DNA of 63,948 nt, counting the filler, from an uncultured Myxococcia bacterium (GTDB taxonomy: Bacteria > CAZTWC01), in the NCBI GenBank assembly GCA_964617105.1. It is 4 parts of 4 records of this genome, joined end to end, with 100 filler letters (N's around TTAATTAATTAA, not from the genome) between each part and the next. Parts side by side here need not be neighbours in the genome. Positions count along the whole stretch, not along the records: positions 17,516 to 34,820 come from CAZTWC010000055.1; positions 34,921 to 52,155 come from CAZTWC010000056.1; 2 more parts are not named here. One strand, 5' to 3'. Position numbers and translations under genes: made by a program. The notes under the pieces were generated by a model. It was not told the DNA's origin. It did no database searches and was given only the letters and a program-made list of their open reading frames with translations. Shown here one piece after another: positions 28,010 to 37,185 of the stretch (the first letter of the stretch is position 1; each line of letters opens with the position of its first letter).

Positions 28010-29659
28010 ATGTTCCCTAAACTTAACCTTTTTATATTAGTATTTCTGTTTCTCCTGCTTTTTCTATTGCTCTCCTGTGATGATAAGAGTTGGCGGAATA
28101 CTCCTCCCCGGCTGAATCCTCTGGACAATCGAATGGTGATGGTAAACACCGAGTTACGCTTTTTAGTGTCAGCTGAGGACCCAGACCTTGACCAACTCTC
28201 TTTTACCTTTTCGGTTAGAGAAAAGCCCTCCATTGCCAGCCAGGCCTTAATTACCAGGCAAAATAGAAACAGCGCCGAATTTCGCTGGATGCCGTTGGCC
28301 AATGATGCTGGAGGTCCCACTGGTTCCGGCGCCTCCTACTCTTTTATTTTCACGGTGGATGATGGTCAGGGTGGTTGGGATGAAGAGGAGATAACCATAG
28401 ATGTTATACCGGCCGTAGAAACAGACCCCAAGGAAGGTCTGGTATTCATCCAACCAGTGGGAGGAGGAATGACCCTGGATTTAGAAAAATCAAAGTGCAT
28501 AATCAATCTCCAGATAGAAGTAAAAGATGACTCAACCCCTACTGGGCAAATGACTTTGGTTATTAACCAGGGAGTTAAGGGTGCCTATCTAACTCCGAAT
28601 AATAATTCCAAAAATAAGTCGTTCAACTGGTGCCCTACTCAACAACAGATTGAAACCACCTCCAATTATCCCTTGATATTTATCGCCGATAACCAGAAGA
28701 CACCACCTATAAAAAAGAACTATTTAATCCGTTTGCAGGTGGCGTTGAAAACAGACTCAGAGGGCTGCTCTGGCAAGTCTCCTCAAATTGCCCACACCCC
28801 ACCCCAGGATACAGTTAAAACCAGCGGCGACTTTCAAGTTGAAGCCATAGTTACTGATGACAGCGAAATAAAGGATGAGCCTGTGCTCTATTATACCTTG
28901 AGAGATTTGGATTCCAAGGCCCTTGACCATCCAGATTTAAATCTCTTTGAACCAGTTTTATTTCAGCACCAGGACAATAACCAATATATGGCCAAAATTG
29001 TAGACCTGGAGATAAAACCGGGTCAGAGCAAGAAACTCTGTTACCTGATTGTGGTAACCGACAATGACTCCCCAGCAGATCCTACCTGCAACCATCGCAC
29101 TCAAAGTCCGGTTTATACTATTAACCTTCAGCACCCAGATCAAGCCGCCTCCTGCCGGTTTGACCGTGAATGTCAGCCTGGAGAATTTTGCTACCAAGGT
29201 AAGTGTATCAACTCCAGTTGTGGAACATCTGCCCCCTGCCCCTTTTCATTGTCATGCATTCCCAAACAGGGTAATTATCTAAAAAAAGACAATGGCGTTT
29301 GTCTAAAATCTTGCCTTTCCAAAAACGACTGCCAGACCGGTCAGGAATGTAAACATTTTCCTGGCGGGAAACACGGTTGCTCCACTTCCGGCTCCAAATA
29401 TCTTGGCGATGGTTGTTCCAGTTTCAAAGAGTGTGCTTCAAACTTGTATTGTCACGATTTAACTGGAGGCTTGTGCACCATGGTGGACTGTAAAACCAAT
29501 CATCAATGCGTTACCAACTATGATTGCATCAAGCACAACAGTGTTAATATTTGTATTGATATTTGCAGCTCAAATTGGGATTGCCGGCGAGATGAGAATT
29601 ACAAATGCCGCCAGGTAAACACGGTAGATAACCGCTTAAGTAAAGTATGTTTACCTTAG
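28010..29659 (+). CDS. Lipoprotein with Ig/cadherin-like domains and Cys-rich C-terminal repeats
   Basis: Lipobox LLLSC, SAEDPDLDQLSF and FTVDDGQGG cadherin-like motifs, repeated C-x4-C..G..C units. Confidence 0.75.
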   Translation: MFPKLNLFILVFLFLLLFLLLSCDDKSWRNTPPRLNPLDNRMVMVNTELRFLVSAEDPDLDQLSFTFSVREKPSIASQALITRQNRNSAEFRWMPLANDAGGPTGSGASYSFIFTVDDGQGGWDEEEITIDVIPAVETDPKEGLVFIQPVGGGMTLDLEKSKCIINLQIEVKDDSTPTGQMTLVINQGVKGAYLTPNNNSKNKSFNWCPTQQQIETTSNYPLIFIADNQKTPPIKKNYLIRLQVALKTDSEGCSGKSPQIAHTPPQDTVKTSGDFQVEAIVTDDSEIKDEPVLYYTLRDLDSKALDHPDLNLFEPVLFQHQDNNQYMAKIVDLEIKPGQSKKLCYLIVVTDNDSPADPTCNHRTQSPVYTINLQHPDQAASCRFDRECQPGEFCYQGKCINSSCGTSAPCPFSLSCIPKQGNYLKKDNGVCLKSCLSKNDCQTGQECKHFPGGKHGCSTSGSKYLGDGCSSFKECASNLYCHDLTGGLCTMVDCKTNHQCVTNYDCIKHNSVNICIDICSSNWDCRRDENYKCRQVNTVDNRLSKVCLP

Positions 29660-29676
29660 GGCATTTCTCCTAACTT

Positions 29677-30858
29677 TCAGGATAATACATCGTGAATCAG
29701 TCTTACCAGTTCATCGATATCAAAAGGCTTTTTTAAGAAATGGGTTTGGGGACGGCCTCTGATGGTCATAATTTCTTCAGCATTACAGGTTGCCGATATT
29801 ATTATATAAGGCTCCTGGTAACCTATAGCAGTTATCTTATCCATTAAACTTAGTCCATCCAAACGGGGCATTTTTATATCACTGATTATCAGTCCCACTT
29901 GAATATTGGGAAAAAGTTTCAGGGCGGCGGCGCCATCCGGGGCAGTGAAGACTTTAAACCCTTCTGCTGCCAGCAAATACTTAAACAATTCTACTATATC
30001 TTTGTCATCCTCCACCACCATTATGGCGCTCCTGTTGTTTAGCGGTGAAGGCGCATGGTAAAAGAGATCGATATATTTTCTGACTTTATCATCCATGTTA
30101 GCCGGCATATTATAGAAATTGATGCCGATTCCACCTAATTCTTTGTTGTGGAATTTCCAGACCACTTCTCCTGAGACTGAAACTTGTTCCTTAAAGTGAG
30201 GGATGGTAAAATTGACATCAAGTTTTTGTCCAACCGTGTAAGGGTTATCCATGTAAATAAAAATGCCGCCCATGCTGATGTCCCTGGCAAAATAGGTATT
30301 TACCTCGTTATTGCTCTTCGATATTACTTCTACCATGGTACTGATAGGCTTTCTCTCCTCATAACTCTTTAAAAGTTGCAATTCGCCGATGGTGGGAGAG
30401 AGGCTTTCCACTAACTCCTCTATAGTGACATCAAGGTTCATCTCCATTGGATTTGAACAATTGGGACAATAGAGTTGGGGCACCTGGTCTTTTTTATGTT
30501 GCCAGTCTTTAAAAACTATCTCTTCTTGGGAGTCAAAACTGCAATGGTAACAGTTGGTTTCCAACACAATAGAACGAATCAGGCAATTGGCGGTTACCTC
30601 AGGAATCATCAAAAATTGTTCGGTCATAACAGGAGAGCAGTTATGCAACTCCATGGGGTGGCTGACCTCACTGATAAAATTGATCCATGAACGGATTCCA
30701 TAGGAGTTGATGTAAGAGATTTCCGAAAGATTAATGGAGAAATCCGCTTTTTGGTTGACCATGGAAACCGGTTGTTTAAGATTGGCATACTCATCGATAA
30801 TACCCGAAAAATAGATGGCATCATCTCTAAGTGAATACTCAAATTTTGTATGTTCCAT
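29677..30858 (-). CDS. Multidomain signalling protein: STAS-like, Zn ribbon, PilZ and receiver
   Basis: FSGIIDE...INSYGIRSW, CYHC and CPNC, DISMGGIFI...GEVVW...GIGINF, MVVEDD...SDIKMPRLDG...KKPF. Confidence 0.78.
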   Translation of the reverse strand: MEHTKFEYSLRDDAIYFSGIIDEYANLKQPVSMVNQKADFSINLSEISYINSYGIRSWINFISEVSHPMELHNCSPVMTEQFLMIPEVTANCLIRSIVLETNCYHCSFDSQEEIVFKDWQHKKDQVPQLYCPNCSNPMEMNLDVTIEELVESLSPTIGELQLLKSYEERKPISTMVEVISKSNNEVNTYFARDISMGGIFIYMDNPYTVGQKLDVNFTIPHFKEQVSVSGEVVWKFHNKELGGIGINFYNMPANMDDKVRKYIDLFYHAPSPLNNRSAIMVVEDDKDIVELFKYLLAAEGFKVFTAPDGAAALKLFPNIQVGLIISDIKMPRLDGLSLMDKITAIGYQEPYIIISATCNAEEIMTIRGRPQTHFLKKPFDIDELVRLIHDVLS

Positions 30859-30880
30859 ATTTAACGCCTGATTACATCAT

Positions 30881-30924
30881 GTTAACCCGGGATTAAAATA
30901 CCTGGTATCCTTTTTGTTCTTAAT
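30881..30924. repeat. 44-bp intergenic repeat, copy B
   Basis: 37/44 identity to 21975-22018, with the same orientation relative to the downstream gene. Confidence 0.8.
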
Positions 30925-31031
30925 AATTTTTATAATGTTAAATTTATCATATAAATTAAGCAACGACAATAATTTTTGTTAACTACGGAAATTTTATTAG
31001 TCGAGATGCATCCGAATTTTTAAGACCGCTT

Positions 31032-31655
31032 TTATGGTGATTGCAGGTGGTTGCTCAAATATGAGGTGACCATATGATCCAGCACCAATTGCAAATCTTC
31101 CACCGGGCCATATTCCCCTTTTTCAGTTTTTATATGGATGACTAAGTCACATATTTGGGCCAGTTTCCCGCCGTCAAAGCCCACCAGGCCGATAGACTTA
31201 CCACCAAGTTCGGCTGCATACTCAGCCGCCAATACCACATTGGGGCTGTTGCCACTAGCTGAAATAAGCACTATTAGATCTTCTGGCTGAAAAAACTCCT
31301 CCATTTGAGCGGTAAAAATTTTATGGTACCCATAGTCATTGGCCACTGCCGAAATAAAGGAGATATTATCGGTGAGACTTAAGGCCTTAAAACTTTTTAC
31401 CCCCGCTTTTCGGCCCACTGCCGAAAGATCCTGGCTGAAGTGAGAGGCGGTGGCGGCGCTGCCGCCATTTCCAGCAAAAAAGATGCTGGAATATCGTTCT
31501 CTGGCCTCTAAAAACATCCGCACCATCTGTTCAACCGCAAAGAGATCAAAGTTGTCCATCAGTTCAGATAAGTATTGGCAATAATTTTTTAAAAATCCGG
31601 TAGCTGAGTTATCCCGGAGATAATAATCCGTCAAATTATTGATACTGGCTGTCAT
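31032..31655 (-). CDS. SIS-domain phosphoheptose isomerase-like protein (GmhA family)
   Basis: GNGGSAATASH, ANDYGY, ISASGNSPNV and GFDGGKL. ATG follows GGAGG. Confidence 0.85.
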   Translation of the reverse strand: MTASINNLTDYYLRDNSATGFLKNYCQYLSELMDNFDLFAVEQMVRMFLEARERYSSIFFAGNGGSAATASHFSQDLSAVGRKAGVKSFKALSLTDNISFISAVANDYGYHKIFTAQMEEFFQPEDLIVLISASGNSPNVVLAAEYAAELGGKSIGLVGFDGGKLAQICDLVIHIKTEKGEYGPVEDLQLVLDHMVTSYLSNHLQSP

Positions 31656-31667
31656 AATTCCCTCCTG

Positions 31668-31724
31668 GTTTCGGACTAGAACTACCCAGTTGGCATCCGA
31701 GAATCCACTTCGTCGCAAGAACTA
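31668..31724. repeat. Back-to-back termini of the short inverted-repeat element
   Basis: GTTTCGGACTAGAACT-ACCC-AGTTGGCATCCGAGAATCCACTTCGTCGCA. 31688-31717 is 24/30 identical to 4875-4904. Confidence 0.7.
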
Positions 31725-33620
31725 CCTAACCTGGCTGCACATGCAGCCCCCTTCCTGGAGATTTACCTTCCAGTTTGAATCAGTGGTAATGGTGCCGCCA
31801 TCGGGCTGGCCGGTTTGGTCAATCCCATTTACTCTATCTTCTGGCTGACCACCATCCATGCTTCCATCTATTTCAATATCCGTGCCAGCATCCGGACGGT
31901 TAATAATCCTGGGAAAATGGCCGTATTTATCTTCTGGTTTCAGGCATTGGCCCAGCATACAAGTCTCTTCAAGCGGGCAGGTAATATTAAGACAAATATC
32001 CTGGATACACTTTCCCTGAAGGCAAATTTTGCCCACCGGGCATTCAATTTCCACGCAGGAATCTTTGCCACATACGCCTTCCTGGCAAGTGAAACCACGC
32101 CCACAAGTCGGACTGCAGGAGTCTTTGCTGCATATACCATCACGACATTTTTCGTTTTCACCACATTTGACAGCGGCACAGGAATCCACACAGTCGCCCT
32201 GGCGGCAAAACTGGTCGGAGCCGCAGGCGTTATTCAGACAAGGATCAGCCTCACATTGTCCCAACACACACATCTCTCCTTTTTTACAACTAAAGGCTGG
32301 ATCAGAAGAAAAGCAATCTTTGGCCGTACATTTGCCCTTGCGGCATTCCTCTTGGGTATCCTGGCATTGCAAAGGCTGGCGTTCACAGGAATCCACACAC
32401 TCCCCTTTGATGCAGGTAAACTTACCACTGCAGCGTATGCCGCAACACGAGTTGGTAAGGCAAAAATCATCGCTGCACACAAATCCCGGCGGACATTCTC
32501 CCATCAGGCAAGGCAGGGAACATTCACCGCAGAGACAGACGCCGCCGTTTTTGCAAACTGCATTGTCATCAATAACCCCATTGCAATTTTCATCTACATT
32601 GTCGCAACTTTCCGGCAAAGGTTGAGGCGCTGTGCAATCAGCCCACTTCCCCTGCTTGCAGGTCTCTTGTCCCGGTCCACAGGCAGTGTCACAGGATCTG
32701 ATAAGATTTCCGTTGTCCTCTGTTTCATCGGTTTGACCATCGCAATCATCATCCAGGCCATTACAGTCTTCCTCAACCGGTTGAGCCCCCTGGCACTCAC
32801 CCCATTGACCAGTGGCACACTTTTGCACTCCGTGGCCACAAGCAGTAGTGCACTCTTTCTCCAGAGGAAGGCCATTATCCCCCTCATCGGTCATGCCATC
32901 GCAATCATTATCCAAACCATCACAAACCTCTTTCATCAACTCTTTGACAATCACCTCCATAGCCTTGATCAGTTCTTGATCGTCGGTGGCGGTATAATAG
33001 GCTGGCGTAAGATCAGCGACGTTTTTTTTCGGTCGGGCTTTCCCCCCATTTTGGGCCATTGCTTCCAACTGTTGCGACCCGTCTCCAGTGCCAAAACCTA
33101 AAACAAACGTGTTGATACCGTTGTTATATAAATATGCCACTTCCTGCGCCGGATCACCTCCGCAGGATTCTTCACCGTCAGTGATTAACAGTAGAAAATT
33201 GCGCCTGGGATCTTTGAAGTGCTTAAATGCTTCCGCGATGGCGGCAGCCATGGGGGTATTTCCCGAGACAGTCAAAGAATTGTAACTGTTTAGTTTATCC
33301 ATAATGAGCTTACTGTTATTGATGTTAAAGCCCACATCCAGACCAGAGGATATTTTACAATCATCGGGGTTGGGAAAAAGCATCAGCCCAAACCGAATTG
33401 AAGCGGTTTGGGGGCCGCTCAAGATGGTGCCAATGGCGTATTTTGCATCTCTCCACTTGTTGCCTTGCATACTGCCAGATTTGTCCAACAGCAGCAATAC
33501 ATTAGGCGATTCGCAATTCTTGGATTGCCCCTTTCCTGAGACAGGATAGCATATGCTAATAATCAGCATGGTCAGCAGTAATTTCCACCGGTTACAGTCT
33601 ATTTTCATTTGGTATGCCAT
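31722..33620 (-). CDS. Exported vWA-domain protein with ExCDGxDNDCDG repeats, Cys-rich stalk and truncated GGC sorting tail
   Basis: MIDAS DKSGSM...GNTP...ITDG, EVCDGLDNDCDG-type repeats, DGG linker. Ends EGGCMCSQVR with no TM helix. Confidence 0.85.
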   Translation of the reverse strand: MAYQMKIDCNRWKLLLTMLIISICYPVSGKGQSKNCESPNVLLLLDKSGSMQGNKWRDAKYAIGTILSGPQTASIRFGLMLFPNPDDCKISSGLDVGFNINNSKLIMDKLNSYNSLTVSGNTPMAAAIAEAFKHFKDPRRNFLLLITDGEESCGGDPAQEVAYLYNNGINTFVLGFGTGDGSQQLEAMAQNGGKARPKKNVADLTPAYYTATDDQELIKAMEVIVKELMKEVCDGLDNDCDGMTDEGDNGLPLEKECTTACGHGVQKCATGQWGECQGAQPVEEDCNGLDDDCDGQTDETEDNGNLIRSCDTACGPGQETCKQGKWADCTAPQPLPESCDNVDENCNGVIDDNAVCKNGGVCLCGECSLPCLMGECPPGFVCSDDFCLTNSCCGIRCSGKFTCIKGECVDSCERQPLQCQDTQEECRKGKCTAKDCFSSDPAFSCKKGEMCVLGQCEADPCLNNACGSDQFCRQGDCVDSCAAVKCGENEKCRDGICSKDSCSPTCGRGFTCQEGVCGKDSCVEIECPVGKICLQGKCIQDICLNITCPLEETCMLGQCLKPEDKYGHFPRIINRPDAGTDIEIDGSMDGGQPEDRVNGIDQTGQPDGGTITTDSNWKVNLQEGGCMCSQVR

Positions 33621-33643
33621 TATATTTTAACTCCAAAACTAGA

Positions 33644-34201
33644 TTAACCCCTACTATATTTACAGCCACAGTAATTCTGGCGATAAAAGCCTTGTTGGCG
33701 GCTTATTTCAACCGAACGTTTAAACCCATCCTTTTTTTTGAAGTCCATAGCCAAAAACTCTGGACCGTATTTATTAGCCGCCTCACCGCCGACCCGAAAA
33801 ACAGCAGTGGTCTCCTTGTGAGGGGAAACGGTGAGGGTAGTAGTAAAATAGGTAACATTTAACTCTTTGGCCATGGCCGCAGTTCTATCCAACCTAAAAC
33901 CAAAGCACTGGCAGCAACGCCGGCTACCTTCTGGCAAAAGCGCATAAGGACCTACCTCTTCCTGCCAGCCGGTATCTTGATAATCACCTTCGATAAAATC
34001 TACTTTTATCTGATAGCAATATTCTCTTAACTCATCTCTCCGGATTTCATATTCACAAAAAGGATAAATATTAGGATTAAAGAAAAATATTAGCGGCCAA
34101 TAACCGTTTTCAACCAGCCTTTCGATTACGGAACTGGCACATGGTGCACAGCAGGCGTGCAAAATAATTTTTTTGGGGGGCGTTCTTTTCCCTGGCACCA
34201 T
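33644..34201 (-). CDS. queH: Epoxyqueuosine reductase QueH
   Basis: HACCAPC, NPNIYP, RC..CF..RL, SPHK and YRQNYCGC. Confidence 0.92.
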   Translation of the reverse strand: MVPGKRTPPKKIILHACCAPCASSVIERLVENGYWPLIFFFNPNIYPFCEYEIRRDELREYCYQIKVDFIEGDYQDTGWQEEVGPYALLPEGSRRCCQCFGFRLDRTAAMAKELNVTYFTTTLTVSPHKETTAVFRVGGEAANKYGPEFLAMDFKKKDGFKRSVEISRQQGFYRQNYCGCKYSRG

Positions 34202-34618
34202 TTACTCACCAATAATTTTTACCAGTATCTCTTTTTGGCGGCCCCCGTCTAATTCGTAATAATAGATGGTGTGGTAAGTTCCAAAATCAAATTCGCCTTC
34301 AGTCACCGGGCAGGTGATATGGTGACCAGTAATGATCGAGATAAGATGGCCATCGGCATTTTTTTTATAGTCGTTCAGATCGTGGCGGTAACCAATTCCA
34401 CTGGGCACCAGTTTTTGCTGAAGATCACGATAGTCCAGGGCTACTGAACTGTCGCTGTCGGTAATGAAAACAGCGGAGGAGGTGTGCAAAGGAAAAATAA
34501 GAGCCAAACCCTCCTGGATGCCGCTGGATTTCAGCGCTTTTCTGCATTTTGAGGTGATATCAACCACTTCCACCCTATCACGGCAATTCATATTTATCAC
34601 CTGACGAAAGGATTTCAT
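34202..34618 (-). CDS. YjbQ/UPF0047 family protein
   Basis: VDIT, HTS, YRHD...NADGH, GTYHTIYYYELDGGR and terminal IGE. Confidence 0.88.
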   Translation of the reverse strand: MKSFRQVINMNCRDRVEVVDITSKCRKALKSSGIQEGLALIFPLHTSSAVFITDSDSSVALDYRDLQQKLVPSGIGYRHDLNDYKKNADGHLISIITGHHITCPVTEGEFDFGTYHTIYYYELDGGRQKEILVKIIGE

Positions 34619-34820
34619 CTCATACCTCGCTTAATACTAAATTTTATGAAAAAATACTTTCAACCCGGTTACGGCCATTTTGCTTGGCTTTGTATAAAAA
34701 CTGGTCGGCTGATTCTACCATGTCTAAGGGCTTGTCAAAACTGGTATAATTCAAGGTGGCTATACCAATGGAGATAGAGATAGGTATTTTGGTGTCGTTG
34801 TAAATAAAATTGGTCCCTTC

Positions 34821-34920
34821 NNNNNNNNNNNNNNNNNNNNNNNNNNNNNNNNNNNNNNNNNNNNTTAATTAATTAANNNNNNNNNNNNNNNNNNNNNNNN
34901 NNNNNNNNNNNNNNNNNNNN
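34821..34920. other. Artificial contig spacer
   Basis: N44-TTAATTAATTAA-N44. Confidence 0.98.
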
Positions 34921-34921
34921 A

Positions 34922-35410
34922 AAGCAACCATCTTCATATATAAAATTTATTCCGGATCATTTTCAACAAGTGGCGCCAGAAAAAAAATATCGGGCAAAAG
35001 AGAAACTTATCTATAAATTTATCTCCAACAAGTTAGTATTTGCCTACGACACTAATCAAAGCCTAACCCTTAATAGCGCCAATATTCTTATTCCAAAACT
35101 AGAAAACCTGCCCGCCAAAATCGTTTTGGCTTTTCTCAACTCGTCTTTCTTTCAATTTATTTTTTCAAAAAAATTTAATACCCATAAAGTACTGCGGGGT
35201 GATCTAGAAAAATTACCATTTCCTCTTTTAACCAAAGAAGAATCCAGCCAATTTTTATCGATGGTAGATAGAGCCTTAAAAGGGGAAGATATGCAGAAAT
35301 GCCTTGATAAAGAGGTTATGAAAATATTTAATCTCTCAAGCAAGCAGATAGAGATCATAAATCAGATACAATATATCACTTCCGCGGGTTCCAGCAGTAA
35401 TTCATCTTGA
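34922..35410 (+). CDS. C-terminal part of an N6-adenine DNA methyltransferase (TaqI-like specificity domain), 5'-truncated
   Basis: KLIYKFIS..LVFAYD...LNSAN...LAFLNS...LEKLPFP pattern. Frame is open from the contig edge. Confidence 0.7.
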   Translation, partial: KQPSSYIKFIPDHFQQVAPEKKYRAKEKLIYKFISNKLVFAYDTNQSLTLNSANILIPKLENLPAKIVLAFLNSSFFQFIFSKKFNTHKVLRGDLEKLPFPLLTKEESSQFLSMVDRALKGEDMQKCLDKEVMKIFNLSSKQIEIINQIQYITSAGSSSNSS

Positions 35411-36654
35411 TCTAAGAAAAACTCTTTCATCTCTTCTTGACAGACAGTATAGGCTTTTTTTCCTTTTATCTCTTGAGGAAGAATTACTCTTTGTTGATTC
35501 TGCCAATCTTTATTAATTAAAATGCCACAGTTCTTATCAAAGTTCTGATCGAATTTCTTTAGAACAATTGTAGAAGAATCCATTGCAGTAATATTTTGTA
35601 CCTCTCCCTCTATTGATAAAATCGGCTGTGCTATCTTTATTTGGTTTACTCTTTTGATAAAATCCTGGATATCGATATTTTTATTTTCTTGAAAATCTAA
35701 CGGAGTGGTATGAACCACATTTAATTTTTTACGAAAACCGTACTCATAACCTATGGGCATCATCAAGCCCCGGGAAAACCAGGCAGCAAAGGCATATCTT
35801 TGTTTTTGAACCGCCAGGTTGTCATATGTTTCTTGAAAAAGCCTATCGGTATCATGGCTTTCAGGAAAACTGATCGAGGGACAAAAGGCAGAATTGGTTT
35901 TTTGTTGCACAAGACACCAGTCTTGATCGAATTGCCACCATTTTGAACTATTAAAAATATAGGAAAAATCAGCAGTCAAAGTATCTTGCTGTTGCTCTAA
36001 TCTGGCGCCCATGGTTTCGGCAAAAAATTGAACCTGGTTGTTTATTTTGCTGGCTTTTTTAATTAATAGTTGCCAAAGTTGGCAGGGCACCTGGTAGGCG
36101 GCATCACACCTGAAACCGGTAAAGCCTGCCCGGGTATAATACTCCACTATTTTAACTAACTCCTGCCAGAGTTCTTCCCGGCCAGGATGGTCATGGTGAT
36201 CAAATTTAGCCAAATCACCCCAGACCGTAACTTTTCTGGCATCAGCCGGATCAATGGCCGAAGGACTTACGATCTCACCTTTTTCATCTCTTTCAAACCA
36301 AGTCGGATGCTCCAGGGCATAAATAGAATCTTTGGCAGTATGATTTACCACCAGATCCATCATCACCTGGAACCCATTCTGGTTTATTTTTTTTACCACC
36401 TGGGTAAGTAATTTTAAGGGATCTTGCGGATGGTCCTGAGGGATAAAAAGGGGATTCATTCGAAAATAATCTTTAACTGCGTACAAACTGCCGGAAAACC
36501 CTGGATAATGAAACGGGTTAACATATATCCAGTTAAATCCCATCTCTTTAATTCGGGGAATCTCCTCCAGCCATTTATGCATATCGCCAATCATTCTGGG
36601 AAAAAAATTATAAATCAGAGGGGGATTATGCAAATCAGTTTTATTTTTATTCAT
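35362..36654 (-). CDS. GH13 alpha-amylase family glycosyl hydrolase
   Basis: DLVVNH, GFRCDAA (nucleophile), FAE (acid/base) and SHD. Confidence 0.9.
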   Translation of the reverse strand: MNKNKTDLHNPPLIYNFFPRMIGDMHKWLEEIPRIKEMGFNWIYVNPFHYPGFSGSLYAVKDYFRMNPLFIPQDHPQDPLKLLTQVVKKINQNGFQVMMDLVVNHTAKDSIYALEHPTWFERDEKGEIVSPSAIDPADARKVTVWGDLAKFDHHDHPGREELWQELVKIVEYYTRAGFTGFRCDAAYQVPCQLWQLLIKKASKINNQVQFFAETMGARLEQQQDTLTADFSYIFNSSKWWQFDQDWCLVQQKTNSAFCPSISFPESHDTDRLFQETYDNLAVQKQRYAFAAWFSRGLMMPIGYEYGFRKKLNVVHTTPLDFQENKNIDIQDFIKRVNQIKIAQPILSIEGEVQNITAMDSSTIVLKKFDQNFDKNCGILINKDWQNQQRVILPQEIKGKKAYTVCQEEMKEFFLDQDELLLEPAEVIYCI

Positions 36655-36667
36655 TTTGTAATTACCT

Positions 36668-37132
36668 TTAAATGTTGTCAAATCTAAGGTGAGCTATATA
36701 ACCGATTATCCCTGATATGGTTAGCACAATGGCCATGGGGCGGCTGATAAGGTCTAGAAAATACAGGCCTGAAAACAGCAGCACGGGTATGAGGATAGCA
36801 AAATAGAGGGAATGAAATACTCCCCGGTGTTTAAAAAACAGGGGAAAGAGAGCCAACGCTCCCCATACAGCCGCTACTTGATATTTTTCAGCCATAATCA
36901 GCACAATATCTACCATCAGCACCATAGAATAGAAGATAAATTGAGGCACTGATTTGGTGTCGATATCAGCAAACAGAGAAAATGCCATGGTGCAGGCAAT
37001 AGCAGCCAACACTAAATACAGATCAAAATCAACTGCTAGAACGGGAAATATAACCCCAGCCACAAAAATCAAACATAGCGACGATATACTCCATATAGTT
37101 CCGCCGATAAAGTGGGTTTTGAATTTACTCAT
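36668..37132 (-). CDS. Membrane metal-dependent hydrolase (YdjM-like)
   Basis: TH near the N-terminus, ADID, HRGVFHS and GYIAHLRFD, with multiple TM helices. Confidence 0.8.
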   Translation of the reverse strand: MSKFKTHFIGGTIWSISSLCLIFVAGVIFPVLAVDFDLYLVLAAIACTMAFSLFADIDTKSVPQFIFYSMVLMVDIVLIMAEKYQVAAVWGALALFPLFFKHRGVFHSLYFAILIPVLLFSGLYFLDLISRPMAIVLTISGIIGYIAHLRFDNI

Positions 37133-37185
37133 TTTATTGTGAATGTCCGCCTGCTATGCAAACAGTTCTGGCCAGATCGCCAAAG

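Noticed and set aside
31003..31017. Possible extra copies of the inverted-repeat element (GCATCCGA here; CTTCGTC...AGCAGAAG near 11385-11415)
   Set aside because: Matches are only 7-8 nt and lack the AGTT terminus, so they could be chance.
31656..31724. In-frame TAG between the vWA gene and gmhA-like gene, suggesting readthrough or pyrrolysine
   Set aside because: The intervening sequence is repeat-derived, gmhA has its own GGAGG RBS and ATG, and fusing an exported adhesin to a cytoplasmic isomerase is implausible.
31815..33101. 428-aa plus-strand ORF
   Set aside because: Antisense shadow of the Cys-rich vWA gene, with no motifs. The same applies to the many short antisense ORFs inside POP, gyrA, asnS and fliF.
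34812..34820. GGTCCCTTC at the contig end resembles the 5' start of a tRNA-Glu
   Set aside because: Only 9 nt are visible, which cannot support a call.
37157..37174. sigma54-like TGGC...TTGCA upstream of the YdjM-like gene (similar case near 27946-27963)
   Set aside because: GG-GC spacing is 2 bp too long, and sigma54 spacing is strict.
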